Shown here one piece after another: positions 37,285-46,959 of a DNA stretch of 64,000 bases; positions within the stretch are counted from its first letter, which is position 1, and each line of letters begins with the position of its first letter. The stretch spans positions 9,270 through 73,269 of the forward strand of contig JAGATD010000045.1 in NCBI GenBank assembly GCA_017621415.1. Reading direction: 5' to 3'. The notes beneath the pieces are model-generated. The model ran no database searches, was not told the DNA's origin, and saw only the letters and a list, made by a program, of their open reading frames with translations. The position numbers and the translations under genes are program-made. The stretch is from Clostridia bacterium. Its GTDB lineage: Bacteria; Bacillota; Clostridia; Oscillospirales; CAG-272.

Positions 37285-38112
37285 TCACATATTGCTATAC
37301 TCCTTTCTAAACTGCTGAGGCGAATGCTTTGTCAGCTTTTTAAACACTCTTCCAAAGTAATCGGGACTTGAATATCCGCATTTTTTCGATATCTCATCCA
37401 CCGTCATATCGGTTTGAGTAAGCATGCGCTTTGAATTCTCTATCCTCTGTTTATTTACATAATCACTTACGGTACACTCAAGCGCACCGCTGAAAAGCTT
37501 ATACAGAACACTCTTTGAAACATTGGTGTTCTTACATATAGCCTTTACGGACAAATCCTTATCAAGATTTTCCGAAATATACTTCTTTATTCTCTCAAGG
37601 TTTTCGTTGGTCTTAAGCCCGATAAGATTTTCAAGCATAACATACTTTGCAACTATAGTGGCTATATTGCAAGCGGCCTCATACTCTCTCGTATTGAATT
37701 TTTTCACATTATTATAAAGGTACTCAAGATTTATACCGTCAACCGAGTATCCCGAAATACATTCGGGTACACCCTGAAAATCATCTGTTCTTATACTGTA
37801 AAAGACAACATATCCTAATATTTCATTTTCATGCTTTATAGGCGCCGCTATGTTCAAAAGACCGCCGTGACATCTCTCGGCTATCATTTTTCCCGCTTCC
37901 TTACATTTCACCAAAAGAGATGTATCGAACCTTGCGCACATTACAGTTACGCCCGGATACTTTCTTATAGCCTTGCAATAATCGCTTGTAACGGTTTTTT
38001 GCGCATTGCAGTAAGTAAAGTTGCTTTCAAAAAAGCCAACACTTATCCCGGTTGAGAAATAAATGTCTGATGCTATGCGCTGAAGCTCGTCTGTATTATA
38101 TTTCAATTCCAT
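37285..38112 (-). CDS. AraC-family transcriptional regulator with N-terminal PocR-like sensor domain
   Basis: The Cys-containing N-terminal domain (CKAIRKYPGVTVMCARFD...CHGGLLNIAAPI) matches the PocR pattern. The C-terminal HTH_18 region includes SPQQFRKEY. Confidence 0.8.
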   Translation of the reverse strand: MELKYNTDELQRIASDIYFSTGISVGFFESNFTYCNAQKTVTSDYCKAIRKYPGVTVMCARFDTSLLVKCKEAGKMIAERCHGGLLNIAAPIKHENEILGYVVFYSIRTDDFQGVPECISGYSVDGINLEYLYNNVKKFNTREYEAACNIATIVAKYVMLENLIGLKTNENLERIKKYISENLDKDLSVKAICKNTNVSKSVLYKLFSGALECTVSDYVNKQRIENSKRMLTQTDMTVDEISKKCGYSSPDYFGRVFKKLTKHSPQQFRKEYSNM

Positions 38113-38399
38113 AAGCTCTACCTCCGCTTTTATTGTACATTATCGACAAACCGATGTAAATATCTTTTTGGATTTAAGGAACATTGTACGGATTTTGAGG
38201 AAAAGATGCACGTCTGGTGCTTTTAAATTTTAAATAATTTAAATTTTTTTACTACACCTGTCAAAATATGCTCTCGGACTTTAAGACCGTCGGCAGGAAA
38301 ATCCCCAAAACGAAAAAAGAAATATTGACTTTTCGGACAAACGATGATACAATATATATTGGTTTAATGTTTGTATTTACAGAAGGGCGGGTGCGCTTT

Positions 38400-39434
38400 G
38401 TGAAAAGATATTTTCCTAAGCTTTTGGGAAATGATAAAACTAAAGAGCGCATTGGCGCAGCTATCGAGTGCGGAACTCTGCCTCACGCTTTTCTTATAGG
38501 CGGTGAGTCGGGCTCAGGCAAGACAACTCTGGCAACCGAGATTGCGGCGGCGCTGAACTGTGAAAAGAAAAAAGAATCCAGCACACCTCTTCCCTGCGGT
38601 GAATGCAACTGCTGTAAAAGGATTTATTCGGGCAACTTCCCCGATCTTAAGGTTTTGTCAAAGCCCAAAGACAGAGCCACTCTGGGTGTTGATTCGATAA
38701 AGGATTTCAGAGAGGATATGTTTCTCTCATCAACCGAGTCTGACTACAAGATTTATGTTATAGACGATGCGGAATGTATGACCACCGAGGCGCAAAACGC
38801 GCTTCTTAAAGTGCTTGAGGAGCCGCCTAAAAGTGTTATAATTATGATACTTGCCAGGGAGTGCGACAAAATTCTCACCACCATTAAGAGCAGAGCGCAG
38901 TATATACCAATGGCTCGCTTTAACGAAAGAGAGCTTGAAAAGTATCTTTTGAGCATGTCAAGCGAAGCAAGGGAGCTTAAGGCAACCGACCCCGAGGGCT
39001 TTGGCGCGGTGCTTATGAGCGTTGACGGCAGACTGGGACAGGCATTTCGGCTTTCTGATAAAAAATATGCCGCAGAGTGCGCCGAGGAGCGTTCAGACAC
39101 TATACGCATAACAAAGTGCATTACGGGAAAACGCAGCTACAAGGAGATAAACGAGGCTCTGTCTTATCTGCCTACGAAGCGCCAGGAGCTGCTCCTCTCC
39201 TTAGAGAGACTGATATCGGCTCTCAGAGACCTTGTCGTAATAAAGTCATCTGCCACAGCATCGCTGTTATTCTTTACATCGGCGGAGGAGGCAAAGTCGG
39301 TTTTGGGACAGGCTTCACTGAAGCGGCTTATGAGCGCTTATGACGAGGTGTGTAAGACTCACGAGCTTTGCTCAAAGAATGCAAATATTACAAATCTTGT
39401 TGCAAGTCTTGCGGCAAGCATAAGATTTATCTAG
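38400..39434 (+). CDS. holB: DNA polymerase III delta' subunit
   Basis: LPHAFLIGGESGSGKTTLA P-loop, a zinc module (CGECNCCKR) and the typical SRAQ motif. A GTG start at 38400 was chosen by alignment logic and is uncertain. Confidence 0.75.
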   Translation: MKRYFPKLLGNDKTKERIGAAIECGTLPHAFLIGGESGSGKTTLATEIAAALNCEKKKESSTPLPCGECNCCKRIYSGNFPDLKVLSKPKDRATLGVDSIKDFREDMFLSSTESDYKIYVIDDAECMTTEAQNALLKVLEEPPKSVIIMILARECDKILTTIKSRAQYIPMARFNERELEKYLLSMSSEARELKATDPEGFGAVLMSVDGRLGQAFRLSDKKYAAECAEERSDTIRITKCITGKRSYKEINEALSYLPTKRQELLLSLERLISALRDLVVIKSSATASLLFFTSAEEAKSVLGQASLKRLMSAYDEVCKTHELCSKNANITNLVASLAASIRFI

Positions 39435-39453
39435 TTATTGAAAGGAAAAAAAT

Positions 39454-40368
39454 ATGTCTGATGAAATAAAGAGCACCCCCGAGCTCTCCCCTCAAAGCGA
39501 GACTGTGGAGGTTGTGGGAATAAACTTCCGTGAAGCGGGAAAGGTTTATTACTTCTCTCCCGGAAAGTTTAAGCTTAAGGCAGGAGAAAGTGTTATAGTT
39601 GAGACGGCAAGAGGTGTTGAGCTCGGTGTCGTTAAGCTTCCTAATAAGATTATATCCACAAAGGATATTGTTTCTCCCTTAAAGCCCATTACCAGAATTG
39701 CGACTAAGGAAGACCTTATTAAAAATGAAAAAAACCGCAAGGCCGAGGAGGATGCTGCGGTTATATGCAAGAAGAAAATTGAGGCTCACGGGCTTGAAAT
39801 GAGCCTTGTGGGAGTTGAATACACCTTTGACAACTCAAAGCTCATATTCTACTTTACCTGCGAGTCGCGTGTTGACTTCAGAGAGCTTGTAAAGGACCTT
39901 GCATCCACATTCAGAACAAGAATAGAGCTTCGTCAGATTGGAATACGCGATGAAGCAAAGATGATGGGAGGTCTTGGCGTTTGCGGCAGAAAATTCTGCT
40001 GCGCGGGCTTCCTTTCCGACTTTGTGCAGGTGTCTATCAAGATGGCAAAGGAGCAAAACTTTTCTCTGAACTCGGCTAAGGTATCGGGCGCGTGCGGCAG
40101 GCTTATGTGCTGTCTAAGATACGAGCACGAGACATATGAGGAGGCTATAAGAAATACTCCCCCTGTGGGCTCGGTTGTTTCCACAAAAGACGGAACAGGC
40201 ACCGTAGTTGAGACAAAGCCTCTTACTAAGGACCTTAAGGTTAAGTTCTCGGATAACGAAAAGGATGTTATAAAGCCCTACAAGTGTGATGACGTAAAGG
40301 TTATTTCCCGTCCTCAGAAAAAGCAATCAAAGGACGAGCAGGATGAGGAACTAATAGAAGAGGACTGA
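39454..40368 (+). CDS. ricT: PSP1-domain protein RicT/YaaT
   Basis: RVDFRELVKDLASTFRTRIELRQIGIRDEAKMMGGLGVCGRKFCC...CGRLMCCLRYE is the PSP1 C-terminal signature. It follows holB as in Bacillus. Confidence 0.85.
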   Translation: MSDEIKSTPELSPQSETVEVVGINFREAGKVYYFSPGKFKLKAGESVIVETARGVELGVVKLPNKIISTKDIVSPLKPITRIATKEDLIKNEKNRKAEEDAAVICKKKIEAHGLEMSLVGVEYTFDNSKLIFYFTCESRVDFRELVKDLASTFRTRIELRQIGIRDEAKMMGGLGVCGRKFCCAGFLSDFVQVSIKMAKEQNFSLNSAKVSGACGRLMCCLRYEHETYEEAIRNTPPVGSVVSTKDGTGTVVETKPLTKDLKVKFSDNEKDVIKPYKCDDVKVISRPQKKQSKDEQDEELIEED

Positions 40369-40478
40369 TTTAAGTATTGTAATTTTTGACTGTTTTTTCA
40401 CTTTTTTTCGAAAAACTATTGATTTTTTTCGAAGATATGTTAGAATATATGTGACAACTAATTATGGAGGTTATCAAA

Positions 40479-40649
40479 ATGGCATACAAGATTTCCGATG
40501 AATGCATCAGCTGTGGCGCTTGCCAGGATGCTTGCCCTACCGGCTGCATCTCCGAGGGTGATGGCAAATACGTAATCAACGCTGACGAGTGCGTTAGCTG
40601 CGGTTCTTGCGCAGACGCATGTCCTGTTGGCGCACCCGCTGAGGAATAA
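40479..40649 (+). CDS. 2x[4Fe-4S] ferredoxin
   Basis: Two CxxCxxCxxxCP motifs in 56 aa. GGAGG lies 7 nt upstream of the ATG at 40479. Confidence 0.85.
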   Translation: MAYKISDECISCGACQDACPTGCISEGDGKYVINADECVSCGSCADACPVGAPAEE

Positions 40650-40669
40650 TTTTTCCTTTGCAGGAACAT

Positions 40670-40700
40670 AAAAAAAGCGGGGTTGCTCTCCGCTTTTTTT
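40670..40700. terminator. rho-independent terminator (A-run/hairpin/T-run)
   Basis: AAAAAAAGCGG...CCGCTTTTTTT directly after the ferredoxin gene. Confidence 0.6.
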
Positions 40701-40720
40701 AATATAAACCGAGGTTTTTT

Positions 40721-41455
40721 ATGGAACGCTGCGACTATGTTAACGACTCGTTAAGGCTTATTCAGAATACAGATGGCTTAACCTTTGGCACCGATGCCCT
40801 TTTGCTTGCAGGATATATTACAGGCAAGCGCCAGAGGGGGCTTGAGCTTGGGGGCGGCAGCGGCATAATTTCTATGCTTCTTTTAACAAGAAATAAGCTT
40901 GAAAATGCTACTGCTCTTGAGGTACAGGAGGAATATTCCGAGCTTATTCTGCGCAACGCAGAGCTTAATTCTTTAAGCGGCAGGCTGACTTCGCTAAACT
41001 GTGATTTAAGGGAATATAAACCAAGTCAAGAATATGACCTTGTTTTTACAAATCCCCCTTATATGAAGACAACAAGCGGAAGAGCGAACGATCTTGATAA
41101 AAAGAATATTGCACGCCATGAGGTTAAGGGAGACATCGGCGATTTTTGTCTTGCGGCAGGCAGGTGCCTTAAATTCGGCGGCTCATTTGCTGCAGTTTAC
41201 CGACCTGACAGACTCACCGACCTTATGGCTGCTCTCAGAGGGGCATCTCTTGAGGTAAAGAGAATGACATTTGTTCATGCCGACACAGAGTCAGAGTCAT
41301 CTATGGTGCTGCTGGAAGCGAAAAAGGGCGCAAAGAGCGGAATGCAGCTTACAAGGCCGCTGATAATCTACACAGACAAAAGCCACAGCGAATATTCACC
41401 CGATATGAAATATATAATGGAAAACGGAAGCTTTCCCGATTATTTTAAAAGGTAG
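40721..41455 (+). CDS. SAM-dependent N6-adenine methyltransferase (YabB / tRNA1(Val) m6A37 methyltransferase-like)
   Basis: LELGGGSG SAM motif and FTNPPYM catalytic motif. The position corresponds to Bacillus yabB. Confidence 0.7.
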   Translation: MERCDYVNDSLRLIQNTDGLTFGTDALLLAGYITGKRQRGLELGGGSGIISMLLLTRNKLENATALEVQEEYSELILRNAELNSLSGRLTSLNCDLREYKPSQEYDLVFTNPPYMKTTSGRANDLDKKNIARHEVKGDIGDFCLAAGRCLKFGGSFAAVYRPDRLTDLMAALRGASLEVKRMTFVHADTESESSMVLLEAKKGAKSGMQLTRPLIIYTDKSHSEYSPDMKYIMENGSFPDYFKR

Positions 41456-41463
41456 CTTTATTT

Positions 41464-42318
41464 ATGGATAATACAAAAAACAAGGTGGAGGCATCTACCC
41501 TATATTTGGTAGCAACTCCAATAGGAAATCTGGCAGATGTGTCAGACAGAGCCAAAAAGGTGCTCTCTGAGGTAAGCTTTGTTGCCGCTGAGGATACAAG
41601 AAATTCCTTTAAGCTGCTGTCAGCTCTCGGAATACAGGCAGAGCTTGTCAGCTATCACGAGCACAACAAGCACTCGAGCGGAGAAAGAATAATAGCAAGG
41701 CTGCTTTCGGGTGAGTCCTGCGCTCTTATTACAGACGCGGGTATGCCTGCCATAAGCGACCCCGGCGAGGATATCGTAAGACTTGCGGCGGATGCGGGAA
41801 TTAAGGTTACTGTGGTTCCCGGTGCCTGCGCTGCGGTTTCTGCCCTTTCGCTCTCGGGGCTTTCTACCTCAAAATTTGTATTTGAGGGATTTTTACCTGT
41901 CAAGGGCAGCGAGAGAAAAAAACGCCTTGACCTGCTCGCAAAAGAGGAGCGCACAATGATTGTTTACGAGGCGCCCCACAAGCTGAAAAATACTCTCGAG
42001 GACCTGATGAAGGTTTTTGGGGAAGAGAGAAAAATATCGCTCTGCCGCGAATTAACCAAGCTAAATGAAGAAATCGAGAGAACAACTCTTGGAGAAGCGG
42101 TTAAAAGGTATAACGAAAAGGAGCCTCGCGGTGAGTATGTTCTGATAATTGAGGGGGGCACTCAAAAAAGCGACTCCGACTTTAGTTCCCTCTCACCCGA
42201 GGAGCATATTGAAAGATATATCGCCCTTGGAATGTCAAAAATGGATGCCATAAAGCAGGCGGCAAGGGACAGAGGGGTTCCTAAATCCGAGCTTTACAAG
42301 CTTGTGACAAACGACTGA
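41464..42318 (+). CDS. rsmI: 16S rRNA (cytidine1402-2'-O)-methyltransferase
   Basis: LYLVATPIGNLADVS...VAAEDTRNS N-terminus and a tetrapyrrole-methylase fold pattern. Confidence 0.85.
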   Translation: MDNTKNKVEASTLYLVATPIGNLADVSDRAKKVLSEVSFVAAEDTRNSFKLLSALGIQAELVSYHEHNKHSSGERIIARLLSGESCALITDAGMPAISDPGEDIVRLAADAGIKVTVVPGACAAVSALSLSGLSTSKFVFEGFLPVKGSERKKRLDLLAKEERTMIVYEAPHKLKNTLEDLMKVFGEERKISLCRELTKLNEEIERTTLGEAVKRYNEKEPRGEYVLIIEGGTQKSDSDFSSLSPEEHIERYIALGMSKMDAIKQAARDRGVPKSELYKLVTND

Positions 42319-42332
42319 TTTAGTTATAATTT

Positions 42333-42364
42333 TGACCGTGCGTTTTTTGCTCGGTCATTTTTTT
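42333..42364 (+). terminator. rho-independent terminator after rsmI
   Basis: TGACCG-loop-CGGTCA followed by TTTTTTT. Confidence 0.55.
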
Positions 42365-42452
42365 CACTTTTTTACCGAATTTTCTTTTTTTCTGACAAAA
42401 AGTGTGCTATAATTGTTATGACTAATTAACACATATCGGAGAAATCACTTTT

Positions 42453-43190
42453 ATGACTGTTAACGAGAATACAAAAAAGACTCTAATTCGCCTTGTTGTT
42501 TCGGGTATTGCGATTGGCGCTGTAATCCTTGCCGGATACTTTATTTTAAAGCACTTCGGAATAACAAATCTCTCACAAGAGGAGATACAAACCACAATAG
42601 CTTCCACAGGAGCTATCGCACCGCTTGTTTTTGTTTTTGCATCATTTATGCAGGTTACATTTATTCCGATTCCCAGCACAGTAACGATTCTTGCGGGCAG
42701 CTTTCTCTTTGGACCCTTGCCCTCTTTCTTCTATTCGTTTATAGGCATACTGCTCGGCGCTCTTTTGGCATTTGCTCTCGGCAGGCTTATCGGACGTCCT
42801 TACATAAACTGGGTTGCGGGAAGCCGCGAGACTGCTGACACCTGGCTTGCAAAGCTTAAAGGAAGAGAGAATGTTTTTCTTTTCTTCGCCTTTCTGCTTC
42901 CCGTTTTTCCCGATGACCTGCTCTGCTCGGTTGCGGGAATGCTTCCTGTTAAATTTCCTGTATTCGTTATAATGCAGGTAATTACCAGAATAACCTCCAT
43001 AGGCGCCACTCTGATATTTATGTCGGGCGCTATAATACCTTATGAGGGGTGGGGACTTTGGGTCATTGGAGCTCTGATTATAGTGGCGCTTGCGGCATTT
43101 GTGCTCAGTATGATCTATGCCGTTAAGCTTAATGAAATGTTTGACGCAATGATTCAGAAAATAAGCGCAAGATTTAAAAAAGAAAAATGA
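42453..43190 (+). CDS. TVP38/TMEM64 (DedA-related) family membrane protein
   Basis: Polytopic protein with the FLLPVFPDDLLCSVAGM motif. Confidence 0.7.
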   Translation: MTVNENTKKTLIRLVVSGIAIGAVILAGYFILKHFGITNLSQEEIQTTIASTGAIAPLVFVFASFMQVTFIPIPSTVTILAGSFLFGPLPSFFYSFIGILLGALLAFALGRLIGRPYINWVAGSRETADTWLAKLKGRENVFLFFAFLLPVFPDDLLCSVAGMLPVKFPVFVIMQVITRITSIGATLIFMSGAIIPYEGWGLWVIGALIIVALAAFVLSMIYAVKLNEMFDAMIQKISARFKKEK

Positions 43191-44059
43191 GTATACAGTC
43201 TTACTTAAAAAAATACGCACCCCCTCTTTCGGGCAGGACTGTCGCCATAAGCGGAGCAACCGGAGGACTTGGAAACGCGCTGTGCCGCCACCCTGCCTCC
43301 CTTGGCGCGTCTCTTGTTATGCTTGACAGAAACGAGGAGCGCTCGCTGAAATTCGCCCAAATATTAAAGTCTGAATATCCCGGCCTAAAAACAAGCTATA
43401 TTCACCTTGACCTTGAGGATATTTCCTCGGTAAAAGAAGCAGCATTAAGGCTTGAAAGAGATGTTCCCGATTACCTTATACTCAATGCGGGCGCATACCA
43501 TATTCCGAGAAAAAAATGCAAAACAGGCTATAACAATGTTTTTCAGATTAATTTTTCATCCCCTTATTATCTCGCTGAAAGACTCAGAGAAAAAATAGCA
43601 AAAAGAGGCGGAAAAATAATTGCCGTTGGCAGTATTGCCCACTCCTATTCCAAGGCTGACCCCAAAGATGTAGATTTTTCTTCGAGAAAAAAATCCAGTC
43701 TGGTTTACGGAAACGCAAAGCGCTATCTTATGTACTCGCTTTCTGCCCTAAATGACAAATCGGTGGCAATCGCCCACCCTGGTATAACCTTTACTAACAT
43801 TACAGCCCATTATCCGAAGCCGGTTTTTGCCATTATAAAGCACCCTATGAAAATTATTTTCATGAAGCCCAAATCCGCCTCTCTCAGCATAATTTATGCT
43901 ATGGGCAGAGATGTTCCTCAAGGCTCTTGGGCAGGTCCAGGATTATTTAACATTTGGGGAAGACCGAGTGTAAAAAAGCTGAAAACGATTGCCCAAAATG
44001 AATACTCCCACATAAGGTCGATTGCCGACAAAAACAGAGAAATAATTGAAAATTCTTAA
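43187..44059 (+). CDS. short-chain dehydrogenase/reductase family protein
   Basis: ISGATGGLGNAL Rossmann motif and YGNAK resembling the YxxxK catalytic motif. ATGA overlap with the upstream gene. Confidence 0.6.
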   Translation: MSIQSYLKKYAPPLSGRTVAISGATGGLGNALCRHPASLGASLVMLDRNEERSLKFAQILKSEYPGLKTSYIHLDLEDISSVKEAALRLERDVPDYLILNAGAYHIPRKKCKTGYNNVFQINFSSPYYLAERLREKIAKRGGKIIAVGSIAHSYSKADPKDVDFSSRKKSSLVYGNAKRYLMYSLSALNDKSVAIAHPGITFTNITAHYPKPVFAIIKHPMKIIFMKPKSASLSIIYAMGRDVPQGSWAGPGLFNIWGRPSVKKLKTIAQNEYSHIRSIADKNREIIENS

Positions 44060-44063
44060 AGAA

Positions 44064-44110
44064 AAAGGCAGCCCTGCCAAAGCCTAAAGCCCGCGGGACT
44101 GCCTTTGTTT
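44064..44110. terminator. hairpin between convergent genes
   Basis: AAAGGCAG/CTGCCTTT stem with a large loop, followed by GTTTTTT. Confidence 0.4.
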
Positions 44111-44111
44111 T

Positions 44112-44795
44112 TTATGCCGTTTTTTGCTTTTTCTCTCTTATTCTCCAACAAACAAAGCTGTAACTGTCGTTCAGCAAAAATCCGAGAAAGCAAAACACCA
44201 TTGATACAGCTGAGGGGTCGCTGAGCGCTGCTGTTATCCACAAGACTATCAGGACAATATCGTTAAACACATACCCCAGCGCAAAGTACGGTGAGCGCAG
44301 GACAGTAAGTCCCGCCGCAAGGAATGATGTCGCAATGGAGAAGGTGCTCCACACTATATTTGCCGTTCCTATATATGAGAGCAGAAAATACATGAGGACC
44401 GTAACTATCACCGTAAGAGGCAATAGCAAAAGCATATCCCTGCCCTTAAGCCTTCTTATACTTACCTCACCGCTATCCTCGTAAGGATTTTTGTACCATG
44501 TGATTATGGCAAATGCGGCAAGAGGGAGCGAGAGGAAAATACATATTGCCGTCTCGCCGTAATAGCTTTGAAAGTAAGAAACAATTCCGTAAAGCACCGC
44601 AAAGGATGCGAGAAGCACCTGCCCCAACACCTGCCCCCGCGCTACAAAAATGATTGCGGTAACACCGAGCAGTGAGGTTATACTGTTCATAAGTCCCCTG
44701 TCGGGAGACAAAAAATAGGATATTACAATCAGCAGAACTGAAATGCACCAAACTATGATATCTGTTCGCCCAATAGAGCTAAAAGCCTTTTTCAT
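44112..44795 (-). CDS. pnuC: PnuC-like nicotinamide riboside transporter
   Basis: About 7 TM helices with W-containing motifs (ITWYKNPY, FNDIVLIVLW, LNDSYSFVCW) resembling the PnuC family. The start was set to the ATG at 44795 (MKKAFSS). Confidence 0.5.
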   Translation of the reverse strand: MKKAFSSIGRTDIIVWCISVLLIVISYFLSPDRGLMNSITSLLGVTAIIFVARGQVLGQVLLASFAVLYGIVSYFQSYYGETAICIFLSLPLAAFAIITWYKNPYEDSGEVSIRRLKGRDMLLLLPLTVIVTVLMYFLLSYIGTANIVWSTFSIATSFLAAGLTVLRSPYFALGYVFNDIVLIVLWITAALSDPSAVSMVFCFLGFLLNDSYSFVCWRIREKKQKTA

Positions 44796-44962
44796 AAAAC
44801 ACCTTGAATTTAAACACTTTTTGAAATTCTTATGTAATTTTAGCACAAAAAACATGCTTTGTCAATTCAAATATTTTTTATTAACATTTAAAATATATAT
44901 TGTTTTTTGAGTCGGTTTGTGGTACAATTAAAATTGTATAATTATCGAAAGGCGGTAAGCTT

Positions 44963-46054
44963 ATGCCAGATGAAGAAAAAATCACCGCAAATACCGACGA
45001 AAATCCGAGTACCGTAGAGGCTGCAGCCCTGCCCGAGGATAGCAAGGACAAAGAAAGCGCAAAGCCTAAAACCCGACGCAAAAAAAGAACAGATGCATCT
45101 GTTACGGAACTTGAAGATAAAAATCAGCTCAAAGCCGAAGAAATAAACGAAAATAATAACAAATCAGAGGATTTCGACACAATACTCGATGCTCCCTCTC
45201 TTGATTCGCTTATTATCGACGATGCGCCTATTTCATCTGTTGATAAACAGGAAGAGAGCGGAGGCTTTGATGCTTTTCTTGCGGATTACAGGAATGCAAT
45301 TAAAAAGACTCTGTCTGCGGCAAGATCGGCTTTTAACAAAAGCAGCTCTGATGAAGCAGAGCCTATTCAAGGCGGCGAAGAGCCGGAGCTGTCCGATAAT
45401 GAGGAGCCCGATGCTCAAGATGAAGAAAATACTCAGTTTGCTATGGATATCGGCGGCGAATTTATTCCCGAAGAGGAGCCTGTTTTTGAGGACCCCGAGG
45501 AGTCAAAGAACACCTACGACCCCGAAAAGCCGAGGGTTATCGATAATGTTTTTGACTTCGTGGAATTGTTTGTTTTTACCCTTGCCGCGGTGCTTATTTT
45601 AACAACATTCCTGTTCAAGCACACGATAGTAGACGGACCGTCTATGATGAATACACTGCAGCACCGTGACCATCTTATTATTTCCGACCTGTTCTATACT
45701 CCCGAGAGGGGCGATATTATCGTGTTCCAGGATCCCGTGATTACAGGCAACGAGCCATATGTTAAGCGTGTTATCGCGATTGCGGGCGACACAGTAACGG
45801 TTGACGGGAACGGACAGGTGACCGTAAACGGTGAAAAAATCGACGAGAGCGATTACGTATTTATTGACGGAAATGTGCCCTATAACGGAAAAACGGTAGT
45901 CGTGCCCGAGGGCGAGGTCTTTGTTCTCGGAGACCATAGAAATAATTCCCGAGACTCGGCATCCTTCCCTGAGGGAACGATAAAGATTGAAAGTATTCTC
46001 GGAAAGGTGCTTCTTCGCATTTATCCCTTTGACAAAATAGGAACAGTTGATTAA
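44963..46054 (+). CDS. lepB: signal peptidase I with ~190-aa acidic N-terminal extension
   Basis: GPSMMNTL (Ser box), VKRVIAIAGDTV (Lys box) and GDHRNNSRDS motifs lie in the C-terminal half. Confidence 0.85.
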   Translation: MPDEEKITANTDENPSTVEAAALPEDSKDKESAKPKTRRKKRTDASVTELEDKNQLKAEEINENNNKSEDFDTILDAPSLDSLIIDDAPISSVDKQEESGGFDAFLADYRNAIKKTLSAARSAFNKSSSDEAEPIQGGEEPELSDNEEPDAQDEENTQFAMDIGGEFIPEEEPVFEDPEESKNTYDPEKPRVIDNVFDFVELFVFTLAAVLILTTFLFKHTIVDGPSMMNTLQHRDHLIISDLFYTPERGDIIVFQDPVITGNEPYVKRVIAIAGDTVTVDGNGQVTVNGEKIDESDYVFIDGNVPYNGKTVVVPEGEVFVLGDHRNNSRDSASFPEGTIKIESILGKVLLRIYPFDKIGTVD

Positions 46055-46078
46055 TTACTAAAAAGGAGACTCGGACAA

Positions 46079-46939
46079 GTGGCAACAAATCCTATACAAT
46101 GGTTCCCCGGCCATATGGCAAAAACAAAGCGCTTGATGCGCGAGTGCTTGCCTGAGGTTGATATAATTCTCGAGCTGCTTGACGCGAGAATTCCATACAG
46201 CTCAAAGAACCCCGAAATTGAGGGGCTTATAGGCTCAAAGCCTAAAATTACGGTTTTAACAAAAGCCACCCTTGCCGACCCGGAAATCAGCCGCCTGTGG
46301 CGAGACTGCTATTCGGAAAAGGGACAAAAAACAGTTAACATCGACTCTACCGCAAATATCGGTATAGATCTGCTTGAAGCTGCTGTAAAAGAGGTGCTCG
46401 CCGAAAAGATAGAGCGCTATAACGATAAGGGTATGTCAGGCAGACGCCTTAAGGCTATGATAGTAGGTATCCCAAATGTAGGAAAATCCTCGCTTATCAA
46501 CCGCATTGCCGGCAGTAAAAAGGCAAAGGTTGAGGACAGACCCGGTGTTACAATGACAAAGCAATGGGTTCCTACCAGCATCGGTCTTGACCTCTTGGAT
46601 ATGCCCGGTGTTCTCTGGCCTAAGTTTGAAGATGCGAGGGTTGGCGAAAACCTTGCTATGACAGGTGCAATACGTGACAGAATTCTCGACACCGAGGAGA
46701 TTGCTATGCTCCTGTGCTTAAGGCTTTACGAAACCGCAAAAGACGCCTTTCTCACAAGATACAAGCTGAAAGACGAAGAGTGTCAGGGGCTTGACGGCTA
46801 TGACCTTTTTGAGCTTGTTGGCAGAAAGCGGGGCTTCCTTATCAGCGGAGGCGAAATAAATCACCGAAGAACGGCTGAGATGCTTCTTGACGAATTCAGA
46901 GGCGGAAAGATTGGCCGCATATCGCTTGAAAAACCATAA
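46079..46939 (+). CDS. rbgA: ribosome biogenesis GTPase A
   Basis: IQWFPGHMAKTKR N-terminus and circularly permuted G motifs (LTKATL, GIPNVGKSS). GTG start. Confidence 0.85.
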   Translation: MATNPIQWFPGHMAKTKRLMRECLPEVDIILELLDARIPYSSKNPEIEGLIGSKPKITVLTKATLADPEISRLWRDCYSEKGQKTVNIDSTANIGIDLLEAAVKEVLAEKIERYNDKGMSGRRLKAMIVGIPNVGKSSLINRIAGSKKAKVEDRPGVTMTKQWVPTSIGLDLLDMPGVLWPKFEDARVGENLAMTGAIRDRILDTEEIAMLLCLRLYETAKDAFLTRYKLKDEECQGLDGYDLFELVGRKRGFLISGGEINHRRTAEMLLDEFRGGKIGRISLEKP

Positions 46940-46959
46940 AAGTCAAATCAGAGGAAAAT

